Shown: positions 8,945 to 17,798 of the stretch, piece after piece
How positions within the stretch are numbered: position 1 is the stretch's first letter
How the letters are laid out: each line of letters starts with the position of its first letter
Source: a virus
Lineage: Duplodnaviria > Caudoviricetes
Strand: one strand, 5' to 3'
Virus record (IMG/VR): IMGVR_UViG_3300027843_000012
Coordinates: 1 to 30,457 of that record
Length of the DNA stretch: 30,457 bases
Notes under the pieces: model-generated
The model's input: only the letters and a program-made list of their open reading frames with translations
Told to the model about the DNA's origin: nothing
Databases searched by the model: none
Translations under genes and position numbers: made by a program

Positions 8945-11900
8945 CTAACAATATATGCTTGTTGCTTTGATTACTGTCTTTTGAATAGCACCACCATTAT
9001 ATATTCCTGTTATTGGTGCTTGTGTTGTTCTTGTGTTTAAATACATATTCATTTTAACATTTGTTGCTATTCGTTTATTAGCATATACCGATTGATACCC
9101 AATTTGTACCACTGGGTTAGCATCTATACCTCTTGTGAATTCTGCATCACTTTCTGTATTATTAGCAGTTGATAATGTTGTGTAACAATTACATCCTGCT
9201 GCTGTCGCTCTTGTTGCTGCTATTAAAACTGAATACGATGTATCCCACATTCCTATATGGATTGGTATCAATGCACTTGATAAATTATACCAAGTCGAAC
9301 CTGTTGGGTTTGCTTGAGATACATTGCTTGAATATACACTCATTAAACTCCATTTATCACAATTTCCATTATAACCTTGCGGATTTTTAACTTTGCTATA
9401 ATAAACATTTGATATTGTACTATTTGCAAGTTGAAAGTCTGTACCTCCATATAAAGTCAATGTACTTATTGTTGGATTTGCGTGAACTAAGAATATTTTA
9501 TCTATGTTTATACTTCCTGTTCCTTGTGCAGTTCCTAATTCGTATTTATCTCGTATTGTTTTTTCGTCTAATGCATATCCGTTGATAAGGAATAAGTCAT
9601 CTATTTGACCGTTCATAAATGCTGTGTTTGTTCCTGTATTGTTTTCACAACCTATTCGTACATAATTTGTTGCTGCATATGTTGGAGTAACAGCATAAGT
9701 AGCCATTTCTAAATTTCCATCCAAATATACTTGAGCATAATTATTGTTGAATGTTGCCACCACATAGTGCCATTGATTATCTGTTACTACAGTTGTTCCT
9801 ATTAGAGCAGTTGAAGCACCGGGGGCATTATTTCCTATATATAAAGCAATAACATTTATTGCACCAATATCTAGTATAATTCCATTTGCATTCGTATTGT
9901 CAGACCAAGATTGAAATAATGTTTTTGTAGTTCCTGTTGTTGATGTTTTAAACCAACAACCTATTGTAAATGCTCCTGTAGGTTTTAATAAAGCAGCATC
10001 CGTAATTGACAATGCTTGGTTTGTACCATTCAATGTAAGTGCATTACCAAACTTACCAGCAGTATATGTTGGTGTTCCTATGTTTGCCATAGTGAAACTT
10101 CCTACATCAGGAGAACTATTTGTATCAAAACTCCAATATCCTGTTAATGCTTGTGCTTGAGTAAGTTTTATCTTATCGCCTTTACCTACAATGCCTCGTA
10201 AGTCTTGTTCTGTATTTACGTAAAATGTAGGACTATCTGCACTTCCATATGCAACTATTCCTGGTACAGAACTCCATCCACCTGCATCAGGTAGTCCGCT
10301 ATCTTTCATTGCTTTAGGAGTTATATATTTTATATCGTTAGTACCTGTTATAACATCTGTTCCTATTGCTTTAGGTAATATCAGACCATTCCAATTTAAT
10401 TGTCCAAATCTAGTTGCTCCATTTCCATTTATACTTCCTGTTCCATCCCAATATTGATAATAGAACGAACTATCTAATCCATCTAAAGTTGCATTTAAAG
10501 AATAAATACCACCTAAGTCTATTGAACCAAATCTCATTGCCATTTTTACTAAGTTTAGGTTTCCGTTACCTACAAATGTTAAATTATACAAGAAACTCAT
10601 AACAGGACTAGAAGCAAATAAGTTTCTATAACTAGTTCCATCAAAAGTTAATTGATAACCATTTGAATATAACATTGCTGGAGTTAATATATTTATATCT
10701 CCATAAGGTTCTATAGTTTTATTTCCGGTTAAATATAATATTCCGTTTACAACAATGTTTTTAACACTTTGCGAAGTATCTTCACAAGCAATTTCAAAAC
10801 TTGTTATGCTGTTTACTTCATATATTGTATTTATTGTTTTTCCAGTTGTTCTACTATCAACATACAATTTTGTTGCTGGTTCGTAGTCTTGGTCTGGTGT
10901 AAATACCGTTGTGTTGTTAAGTTGTAATACATTTGATTTTAAAGCGAATTGACTTGAATATGCAATCCAGTCTTGTTGTGATATTCCTTCTATTGTATCT
11001 ATATCCATAACATATTGATACTTTCTTATTCCTGTTCCTATAAACATTGTATAAGTTCCTATTTGCAATATGTTAATATATAATGCACCATTTACTGATA
11101 TTTGGCTACCTTCAAAATAAAGTTTGTTATATATGTTAGTTGTTCCTGTACCAGATAATGTTAATGTATAATTACCACTAAATATGCAGTTATTAAACAC
11201 ATTATTTGTTCCTGATACTGTTATTGTTTCGTTTGCTGATATATTGAATAAGTTGGTATTTATGAAAATGTTTTTAACACTTTGTGATGTATCTTCTAAT
11301 GCTACTTTAAACTCTGCATAACTTGATACTTCATATATTGTAGGTTTTTGTTCTACTGCACTTAACGGATTAGTTGATGTTCCATCTCCTGTTAGTGTAG
11401 TATCGTGATTAACTGATGCAAGGAAATTACCAGATGTAGATGCTGTTTGATTAAGTCTTGTTCCTGTAATATCTTGTATGCTTGTTATAGTCCAGTTATT
11501 ACCACTTACTCCTATAATTATTTTAGCAAAGAATACAAATTCACTTACTAATAAACTACTGTCTCCGTGTGTTAAATCATTTGGTGTTAATACTTCTATT
11601 TCTGTTAATGTTCCAACTTTTTGTGGTTGAACGAACATATATCTATACAACTGACTATTAGTATCACTTGTTGTTGGAATAGCAACTACAAATATTGCTC
11701 CATATTGATTATTAGACATTGGTGTTTGTACCCAATTACTTCCATTAAATTCGTTCCAATAAGGTATATTACCATTAAGTGCTATTATATCGTTTTGTAG
11801 TGTTGTTAGACTTCTTATTCCAGCACCACTTAAATACCTATGTGTATATTGTTTTGTTGTTAATGCTGATATTGTAGTCGTTAAGTCTTCATCTCGTACT

Positions 11901-12727
11901 GTTGTATCACTTATATCTACTCTTCTATTAGCAACAGTTGTACTATTTAAAACATAAGATGAGAATGTACCTCCACCAGTTTTATATGTTCCTATTGTTT
12001 CGTGAAATTCTTTATGAGATTGCCATTGCATAAATCCGTGAACTTCTCTTATTGCTATATCGTGTGAATTATATTGAATAAATGCTATTTGCAAACAATC
12101 AAATGTCCAAGGCTCTGTTGTGAATGTTATTCCATTTTCACAATAATGTAAGAAATAAGTTCCTGCTACATCAGCATGTGCTGGACTTTCCCAACCATTA
12201 GTTAATGCAGATACTAATTCACCTTTATAATATGCTTGAAATGTTCCTGTTAAAGTAACTTTTCTAGTAGTTGCATTATAAGATACATTTATATTTTCGC
12301 AATTAGTAAATCCTGTTGTTTCTTTTTTTATTTCTCTCTCGTTATATAAACTAGCTAACTTTGTGTCTATCTGTGCGTGTGTATTAGTTCCTATATCTGT
12401 TAATATTGTATGTGAGTGTGTATGTAGTGTTGTTGTTCCACCATCTGTTAAATCTGTTTTTTGTGTAGCAGATAGGTACTTATTTGTAGTACCCTCTCCT
12501 ATATCATCTGTATCTAATACTACAACTCCTGTTTGTCCATTAACACTATCTACATCTCCACCTTCAGGAGTTACCCATTCAGTATCGTAATCTGTTGCAC
12601 TTGCTTTTGCTAGTACTTGTCCTGTTGCTCCTCCTGTAGGAACACCATTTTCTGCTTCACTAGTATCTACTGTTGCAAAGTATTTTTTACCTGAACTATC
12701 TATATCTTGTAATACTGTAATTGCCAT
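8945..12727 (-). CDS. Tail fibre / receptor-binding protein with LamG (ConA-like lectin) domain
   Basis: Fibre motifs GVPTGGATGQVLAKASATDYDTEW, VDSVNGQTGVVVL, DTTLTGDGT..NPL, EPATKLYVD. LamG signature (GKFGNALTLNG, FTIGCWFK, DNQWHYVVAT, YLDG, MNGQIDD) at ~10150-9540. Confidence 0.85.
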   Translation of the reverse strand: MAITVLQDIDSSGKKYFATVDTSEAENGVPTGGATGQVLAKASATDYDTEWVTPEGGDVDSVNGQTGVVVLDTDDIGEGTTNKYLSATQKTDLTDGGTTTLHTHSHTILTDIGTNTHAQIDTKLASLYNEREIKKETTGFTNCENINVSYNATTRKVTLTGTFQAYYKGELVSALTNGWESPAHADVAGTYFLHYCENGITFTTEPWTFDCLQIAFIQYNSHDIAIREVHGFMQWQSHKEFHETIGTYKTGGGTFSSYVLNSTTVANRRVDISDTTVRDEDLTTTISALTTKQYTHRYLSGAGIRSLTTLQNDIIALNGNIPYWNEFNGSNWVQTPMSNNQYGAIFVVAIPTTSDTNSQLYRYMFVQPQKVGTLTEIEVLTPNDLTHGDSSLLVSEFVFFAKIIIGVSGNNWTITSIQDITGTRLNQTASTSGNFLASVNHDTTLTGDGTSTNPLSAVEQKPTIYEVSSYAEFKVALEDTSQSVKNIFINTNLFNISANETITVSGTNNVFNNCIFSGNYTLTLSGTGTTNIYNKLYFEGSQISVNGALYINILQIGTYTMFIGTGIRKYQYVMDIDTIEGISQQDWIAYSSQFALKSNVLQLNNTTVFTPDQDYEPATKLYVDSRTTGKTINTIYEVNSITSFEIACEDTSQSVKNIVVNGILYLTGNKTIEPYGDINILTPAMLYSNGYQLTFDGTSYRNLFASSPVMSFLYNLTFVGNGNLNLVKMAMRFGSIDLGGIYSLNATLDGLDSSFYYQYWDGTGSINGNGATRFGQLNWNGLILPKAIGTDVITGTNDIKYITPKAMKDSGLPDAGGWSSVPGIVAYGSADSPTFYVNTEQDLRGIVGKGDKIKLTQAQALTGYWSFDTNSSPDVGSFTMANIGTPTYTAGKFGNALTLNGTNQALSITDAALLKPTGAFTIGCWFKTSTTGTTKTLFQSWSDNTNANGIILDIGAINVIALYIGNNAPGASTALIGTTVVTDNQWHYVVATFNNNYAQVYLDGNLEMATYAVTPTYAATNYVRIGCENNTGTNTAFMNGQIDDLFLINGYALDEKTIRDKYELGTAQGTGSINIDKIFLVHANPTISTLTLYGGTDFQLANSTISNVYYSKVKNPQGYNGNCDKWSLMSVYSSNVSQANPTGSTWYNLSSALIPIHIGMWDTSYSVLIAATRATAAGCNCYTTLSTANNTESDAEFTRGIDANPVVQIGYQSVYANKRIATNVKMNMYLNTRTTQAPITGIYNGGAIQKTVIKATSIYC

Positions 12728-12742
12728 AGTATTCCTCCTCTA

Positions 12743-13630
12743 TTAAAAGTCCATATCTGCACCGTAATAATCTATAATTTCAGTTCTTTCTGCTGGTCTT
12801 CTTTTTTGTAGTGTTTGTTTTAATTCATTATATTTACTTTCTAGATAACTTGCTATTGCACTATTTTCATTTAGCATAAGTTTAGCACCTAATCCGTAAG
12901 GTATAACTGTTCTACATATATTTGTATCAAGTTCTAATGTATCAGTTATAGAAGTAATCATTGTTAGTATAGGTCTATATACTATTCTTATATTTCCTTC
13001 AAAATCATAAGGTATATATAAATTCTTACCTTCAAATTGATAAAAACAATTCCCTTTATCAAATGCTATTTCTTCTAACTCATCATAGTCTGTTGGTAAT
13101 GATACTGATATTAACTCTCTATATTCTGGTACAATTCCATAAAAGTTTTCTTTATATAATGCATAATTAGTATAATTATAGAAATAACTTCCGCTAAATC
13201 TTATTCTACTATCTGTTGCACCTGCTGTTGGTGTTACTTTACCTTTATAATTAGTAAATGCTGTTATTGTAGTTGGTACGTTTATAGTTTCTAGTACATT
13301 CCAAGTATCTGTATAATCTTCTATATATACTGTACAAGGTCCATCTACATCAAATGTATAAGCCATTACATTACCACCTATTGAATATGATATATCTTCT
13401 GTATTGTGTTCTTTTATTTCTTTACTACCTAACATTGGTGTTACTGGTTTTCTACTATATGTTGTTGTTTTAAAATAATCTGTCATTGGTAGTAATTCGG
13501 TTTGTATTGCATTTAGTAAATAAGGTGTTTTTGCTTTATAGTCTGCTGTGCTATTTACATCAAATGTTTCATTTATTGGCACTTCATCTATAAGTGTCAT
13601 TGTTATTTCCCAAATTTTTTCTGCTGTCAT
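12743..13630 (-). CDS. Head-tail adaptor protein (P22 gp4 / T7 gp11-like) with inserted beta domain
   Basis: Helical N-terminus (..LIDE..YKAK..YLLNAIQTEL) and C-terminus (IPYGLGAKLML...KYNELK) flanking a beta-rich insert. Position upstream of fibre and nozzle genes. Confidence 0.6.
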   Translation of the reverse strand: MTAEKIWEITMTLIDEVPINETFDVNSTADYKAKTPYLLNAIQTELLPMTDYFKTTTYSRKPVTPMLGSKEIKEHNTEDISYSIGGNVMAYTFDVDGPCTVYIEDYTDTWNVLETINVPTTITAFTNYKGKVTPTAGATDSRIRFSGSYFYNYTNYALYKENFYGIVPEYRELISVSLPTDYDELEEIAFDKGNCFYQFEGKNLYIPYDFEGNIRIVYRPILTMITSITDTLELDTNICRTVIPYGLGAKLMLNENSAIASYLESKYNELKQTLQKRRPAERTEIIDYYGADMDF

Positions 13631-13633
13631 TTT

Positions 13634-15367
13634 TTAATCTTCCTCCATTCGTTTGATTAACTTGTGTTCTAATAATATTCTTATTCTTTCTCCAGAATAT
13701 AATTTTGCTTCTTCTCCTGCTTCTACAAAGTTATTTTCTTCATCTCTTATTCTTTCTACTGCAATCCATCTATCTGGTTTATCTTCATAAAAAGTTCCAT
13801 CAAATACATAATTGCTTTTTTGAAATTTTCCAAGTAATGGTAACCATAATTTTTCATACTCATACTTTATAGGTTCAAATGTAATTCTTTTTAATTTAGA
13901 TATTACTTCATCCATATTAGACATATCCATTTCAAGTATAAATCCTGTTTTATCTTTTACGAACGATTGTTCGTATATACTTGGATAATTTGTTGCTATT
14001 ACAGGAACTCCTAATGATAATGCTTCTTTAGTTGCATAACCATCTGCTTCTGTATTAGATAATTGAATTAAGAAATCTGCTTTTTTTGTTTCTTCTAATA
14101 TATCAAGATTTGGTATTTTATATACTAAATTTGGTATATCATCTTGTTTAACATCAGTTGTATATACTTCCCATATATAAGGTATCTTCAATTCATTCAT
14201 TCGTTCTGCAAATGCTTTCATTCTCCAATAACCTTTTTCCCAACTTAATCTAGTTGTAGATATAAAATGTAGTTTCTTGTCTTTTCTTACTTCTCTTTTT
14301 ATATTATGAACTAATAAATTATGTATAGTCACGCATTTTTCATCTGGTAATTGTTTTAAGAATGACCTAGCACTTGCTTCACTAACACATATTGTTAGAG
14401 TTGTTTTAGGATGTTTAACATATTTCCAACCCATTGCATCATAATCTGTGTGGCACATATCATAGTAATTACCACTTATTGCAGTTACATCATCTGCTAT
14501 ATTTTTATTAAAGTTACAATTCAAGAATGTTTCACACTCTATTTTTTCACCATAATATCTTTGACATCTTACATATTTTCTATATCTATTTAATTGTATT
14601 GGGTCTGCTTCATCATATAAGAACAATATATCGTATTTGTCGTGAAATTCTTTTACAAACTCATAAACAAATGTTTCTACTCCACCAATTTTACTTATAA
14701 ACCTTAAAAACATTACTATTTGTGCTTTTAAAGGTCTTAAAGATGTTATTTCACCTTTACAATACTTATCTGTAAGGCTATCTTCTCTACCTACATTATA
14801 TATATACATAATATCTGTTATGTTCTTTTTCTTACCATTACGAACTCTAGTATTAAAATCCCAATCTTCTCCATATTGTAAATTCTTTTTAAATCTGTTT
14901 TTTCCTATTATTTTCCTACTATATACACAATTCCATACACTTTTATTGAATTCTGGTGGTTCATTAGCAATTATGTACTCGTTTCCTTTAGTATCTTTCC
15001 AAGATAGATAGCAATAATCATAATCTTCTTTAATTGATAATATATTTTTGATATAATCACCGCTTACACTATCATCACTATCTATAAATGCTATATATTG
15101 ACCTTTTGCATTATTTAAACCTATATTTCTTGCATTAGATACTCCACCATTGTCTATATGGAACACTTTTGCAGGTAATTTATCAAGTTCTTTCTCATAA
15201 CATCCATCATCTATCAATAAAACCTCTACATTTTCATTTAATTGAGGTTCTAAAACTTTAAATAACTCTTTTGTATAATCTAAAGTCTTATAATATGGAA
15301 TGATTATTGATAATTTAATCGCAAAATCCTCTTTTTTCGTAATCAATTTCAATTCCTTCTTTCTCAA
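13634..15367 (-). CDS. Bifunctional glycosyltransferase: GT2 (GT-A) + GT4-like (GT-B) + small C-terminal domain
   Basis: KLSIIIPYY...IDDG...NGGVSNARNIG...AFIDSDD (GT2). IGGVETF...RLSWEKG...ADFLIQLSNTEADGYATKEALSLGVPVIAT (GT-B, E-X7-E). Start codon uncertain (15367/15352/15346 TTG or 15319 ATT). Confidence 0.9.
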   Translation of the reverse strand: MRKKELKLITKKEDFAIKLSIIIPYYKTLDYTKELFKVLEPQLNENVEVLLIDDGCYEKELDKLPAKVFHIDNGGVSNARNIGLNNAKGQYIAFIDSDDSVSGDYIKNILSIKEDYDYCYLSWKDTKGNEYIIANEPPEFNKSVWNCVYSRKIIGKNRFKKNLQYGEDWDFNTRVRNGKKKNITDIMYIYNVGREDSLTDKYCKGEITSLRPLKAQIVMFLRFISKIGGVETFVYEFVKEFHDKYDILFLYDEADPIQLNRYRKYVRCQRYYGEKIECETFLNCNFNKNIADDVTAISGNYYDMCHTDYDAMGWKYVKHPKTTLTICVSEASARSFLKQLPDEKCVTIHNLLVHNIKREVRKDKKLHFISTTRLSWEKGYWRMKAFAERMNELKIPYIWEVYTTDVKQDDIPNLVYKIPNLDILEETKKADFLIQLSNTEADGYATKEALSLGVPVIATNYPSIYEQSFVKDKTGFILEMDMSNMDEVISKLKRITFEPIKYEYEKLWLPLLGKFQKSNYVFDGTFYEDKPDRWIAVERIRDEENNFVEAGEEAKLYSGERIRILLEHKLIKRMEED

Positions 15368-15971
15368 AGAATGGTATTATCTCTTTACACCACTGACCTT
15401 GTTTAATACTCCAAGGTTGATGATTGTAATAACCTATATCTATAATAAAATCCTCACAATTTACATAAAATTCGTAAGGACTATCAACTGGTGTTAATTC
15501 CCAATCCCAAGCACTTTCGTTTTTTTGTAGCCTTTCAATAAGTTTTAATCTATTGTGAATACTTGGTTGGCAACTATTTAAATACATTGTCTTGTTTAAC
15601 CTTTTTTTAAACCCATTTAAGACACTTTCTTCACAAGGCAATTCATAACACTTCTCAAAGTTAAAAACTGCTGTATTGTCATTAAAAATACTTATAATAG
15701 TGTCTATTCGTGTTTGGTCTACATAATCTCTTATAAAAAAGTCTTCTAACATTACTAATACATATTCTGTATCTATTTTTTCTAATGCATTTCTAAATCT
15801 TTCTGTCCAAGTTCCTTTTTCTTTTGTCGTATCAAAATACGAACATTCTTTCGTTTCTGTACATATATAAGTTTTATAAGGACAATCTTTCCAATACTTC
15901 TCTTTTAGGTTATAAAAAGGTTCCCAACAATCTTCGTAATTATCACTAGACATTATCAGTAAACTAACCAT
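15315..15971 (-). CDS. Putative GT-A-fold glycosyltransferase
   Basis: SSDNYEDCWEPF...WTERFRNALEKIDTEYVLVMLEDFF (DxD-like E-D motif after a hydrophobic strand), AWDWE. Lies between two sugar genes with overlapping stop/start codons. Confidence 0.65.
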   Translation of the reverse strand: MVSLLIMSSDNYEDCWEPFYNLKEKYWKDCPYKTYICTETKECSYFDTTKEKGTWTERFRNALEKIDTEYVLVMLEDFFIRDYVDQTRIDTIISIFNDNTAVFNFEKCYELPCEESVLNGFKKRLNKTMYLNSCQPSIHNRLKLIERLQKNESAWDWELTPVDSPYEFYVNCEDFIIDIGYYNHQPWSIKQGQWCKEIIPFFEKEGIEIDYEKRGFCD

Positions 15972-16860
15972 ATATTAACTCCGTTAATTCTTTTTTTGTA
16001 AATCTCTTTGCATTATCACTTGTTAAAGGTTCATCGTGTGTATAGTTTTCTATATCTTTTGATACCCTATAATAATTACCTATAAGTTCACTGTGGTTAA
16101 GTTCGTTTATTGTTAATAACGCTTCATCTGTCTTTTCTATACAACGAAGTCCTGTTGTTATTTGATTACTACTTATACAATCTGCTATTTCACCTATTGT
16201 ACAAGATTTATTATTGAATACAAACAAGTCTTTATGTTTACCATTTTCTAAAGCGTATAACACTAAATCTATTGCTTCATCTATTGTCATAAAAAATCTA
16301 GTTATATTTCTATCTGTTATTGTTAAAGGCTTACCTTCGCTTGCTAATTTTTTGAATATAGGAATAACACTTCCATTACTTCCTACTACATTTCCATATC
16401 TTGTTGTTATCAAAGATGTTTCCTTATTGTCTACACATTGTGCGAACATTTCCATAAACATTTTAGTGTTTCCATATATTGTTGTTGCATTAGTCGCTTT
16501 ATCTGTACTAAGTAACACAACTTTTTTAACTTTATTTTCTATACTAGCAAGCATTACATTTATACTTCCATCAATATTAGTTCTTTTTGCTTCTAAAGGG
16601 AACGCTTCACATTTATCTATAAACTTCATTGCTGCACTATGTAGTACATAATCAACTCCATTTGTTGCAGATAACATTGTATCGTAATCTCTTATATCTC
16701 CTATAATGTATTTAACTCTACTATCATTATGTTCCATTTTGCTTTCTAATTGTGATTTCTCACTGCGATTTAAAACTCTTATTTCTTCTACATCTGTCTT
16801 AAGTAGTTTCTTAATCATTGCATTTGCAAAAGTTCCATTTCCAGTTATTAGATATTTCAT
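15964..16860 (-). CDS. UDP-GlcNAc 4,6-dehydratase-like extended SDR (CapE/FnlA/PseB, Polysacc_synt_2 family)
   Basis: Degenerate Rossmann LITGNGTFA, GDIRD, HSAAMK, STDKA, YGNTK (YxxxK), TRYGNVVGSNGSVIP, TRFFMT. AAGGAGG RBS. Confidence 0.9.
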   Translation of the reverse strand: MKYLITGNGTFANAMIKKLLKTDVEEIRVLNRSEKSQLESKMEHNDSRVKYIIGDIRDYDTMLSATNGVDYVLHSAAMKFIDKCEAFPLEAKRTNIDGSINVMLASIENKVKKVVLLSTDKATNATTIYGNTKMFMEMFAQCVDNKETSLITTRYGNVVGSNGSVIPIFKKLASEGKPLTITDRNITRFFMTIDEAIDLVLYALENGKHKDLFVFNNKSCTIGEIADCISSNQITTGLRCIEKTDEALLTINELNHSELIGNYYRVSKDIENYTHDEPLTSDNAKRFTKKELTELIYG

Positions 16861-16886
16861 ATTATTCCTCCTTAATCAAATAATTC

Positions 16887-16914
16887 ATAGGAACTATGTT
16901 TCCATAATTCCCAT
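16887..16914 (-). promoter_or_regulatory. 12-bp hairpin with GAAA tetraloop after the capsid gene (mRNA stabiliser or partial terminator)
   Basis: Minus strand AUGGGAAUUAUG-GAAA-CAUAGUUCCUAU with two G-U pairs. Followed by only a weak U-tract (GAAUUAUUU). Confidence 0.6.
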
Positions 16915-16926
16915 AGTATTAGTTGA

Positions 16927-17766
16927 CTAACTTAATAGTGCTTTTCCTGATACATAGATTGCATTAACTTTTTGGTTAATTACAAATGCATCATAGATTA
17001 CTCTACCTTCAATAACAACTCCTGAGAAACCTTGTACATTATCTCTAATGAAGTATTCATCAAGTTTTTCTGCTGCTACTGTTGCAGATGGGTGTGTTAA
17101 GATGAAATCAACTTGTGGTGCTAAATATGATGATGGTACTGGTACTAATTTAACTCCATCAACCATTCCTACCATTCCGTTAATTCTATCTTTCATTGCT
17201 ACTTCACTTGCTAACATAAATGAAGTATCTTGTTTGATAAATGAATAGAAAGCATAAGAGCAAAATGCTATTCTTCCAGATACTGGAACTTTTGCATCTC
17301 CTAATTTTTCTTGTCCTGCTAATAGTTTTTTGTAAGCATTTGATGCTGTTGTTGTTTCATAAGCATAGTATCCATTAGCGATTGCTGCTGTGTACATTTT
17401 TCTTAATCTATATGTGTCAATTTCTGGTGTTACTTGTTCATCAATTTCCATTTTAAGGAATTCTCCTGCTTTAACTGCTCCGTTTGTACTCATAAGAGTA
17501 TATTTGTCAATTGAAGTTGAGAATGAACGGTCTTTTGCAAGTGTCATAGTTTGTACTACATTTTGTAATTCACTTGGTGTTCCGTATCTATTTGATGTTG
17601 CTGATTTGTTATAATCTGCTAATGCTTGAGTTGTTAATCCAAATACTGATATTGCATTAACTCCTACCCAATCAAAGTCCTTGTTTACTGCTGCTTCTGT
17701 TAAAGAACCAAGAGTAAATGCTTTTGCTATTTTACTTGCATATTTTGTTGCATAATTTATTGCCAT
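16927..17766 (-). CDS. Major capsid protein (HK97 fold, P22 gp5 / N4 gp56-like)
   Basis: MAINYATKYASKI..., LADYNKS..NRYG, DRSFSTSIDK, PEIDTYR, GMVGMVDGVKLVPVPS, EGRVIYDAFV. Directly downstream of the scaffold gene. Confidence 0.9.
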   Translation of the reverse strand: MAINYATKYASKIAKAFTLGSLTEAAVNKDFDWVGVNAISVFGLTTQALADYNKSATSNRYGTPSELQNVVQTMTLAKDRSFSTSIDKYTLMSTNGAVKAGEFLKMEIDEQVTPEIDTYRLRKMYTAAIANGYYAYETTTASNAYKKLLAGQEKLGDAKVPVSGRIAFCSYAFYSFIKQDTSFMLASEVAMKDRINGMVGMVDGVKLVPVPSSYLAPQVDFILTHPSATVAAEKLDEYFIRDNVQGFSGVVIEGRVIYDAFVINQKVNAIYVSGKALLS

Positions 17767-17798
17767 TTTTATTCATTCCTTTTGTTGCACTGAGTTGT

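Noticed and set aside
8945-12727. Diversity-generating retroelement target in the tail fibre
   Set aside because: No reverse transcriptase and no adenine-specific TR/VR pair seen in the window.
13634-16860. Host capsule-locus fragment, chimeric assembly or Gtr-type serotype conversion
   Set aside because: The genes are seamlessly coupled to phage structural genes, similar in composition, and lack membrane or flippase components. DNA modification is not excluded but is less favoured by position.
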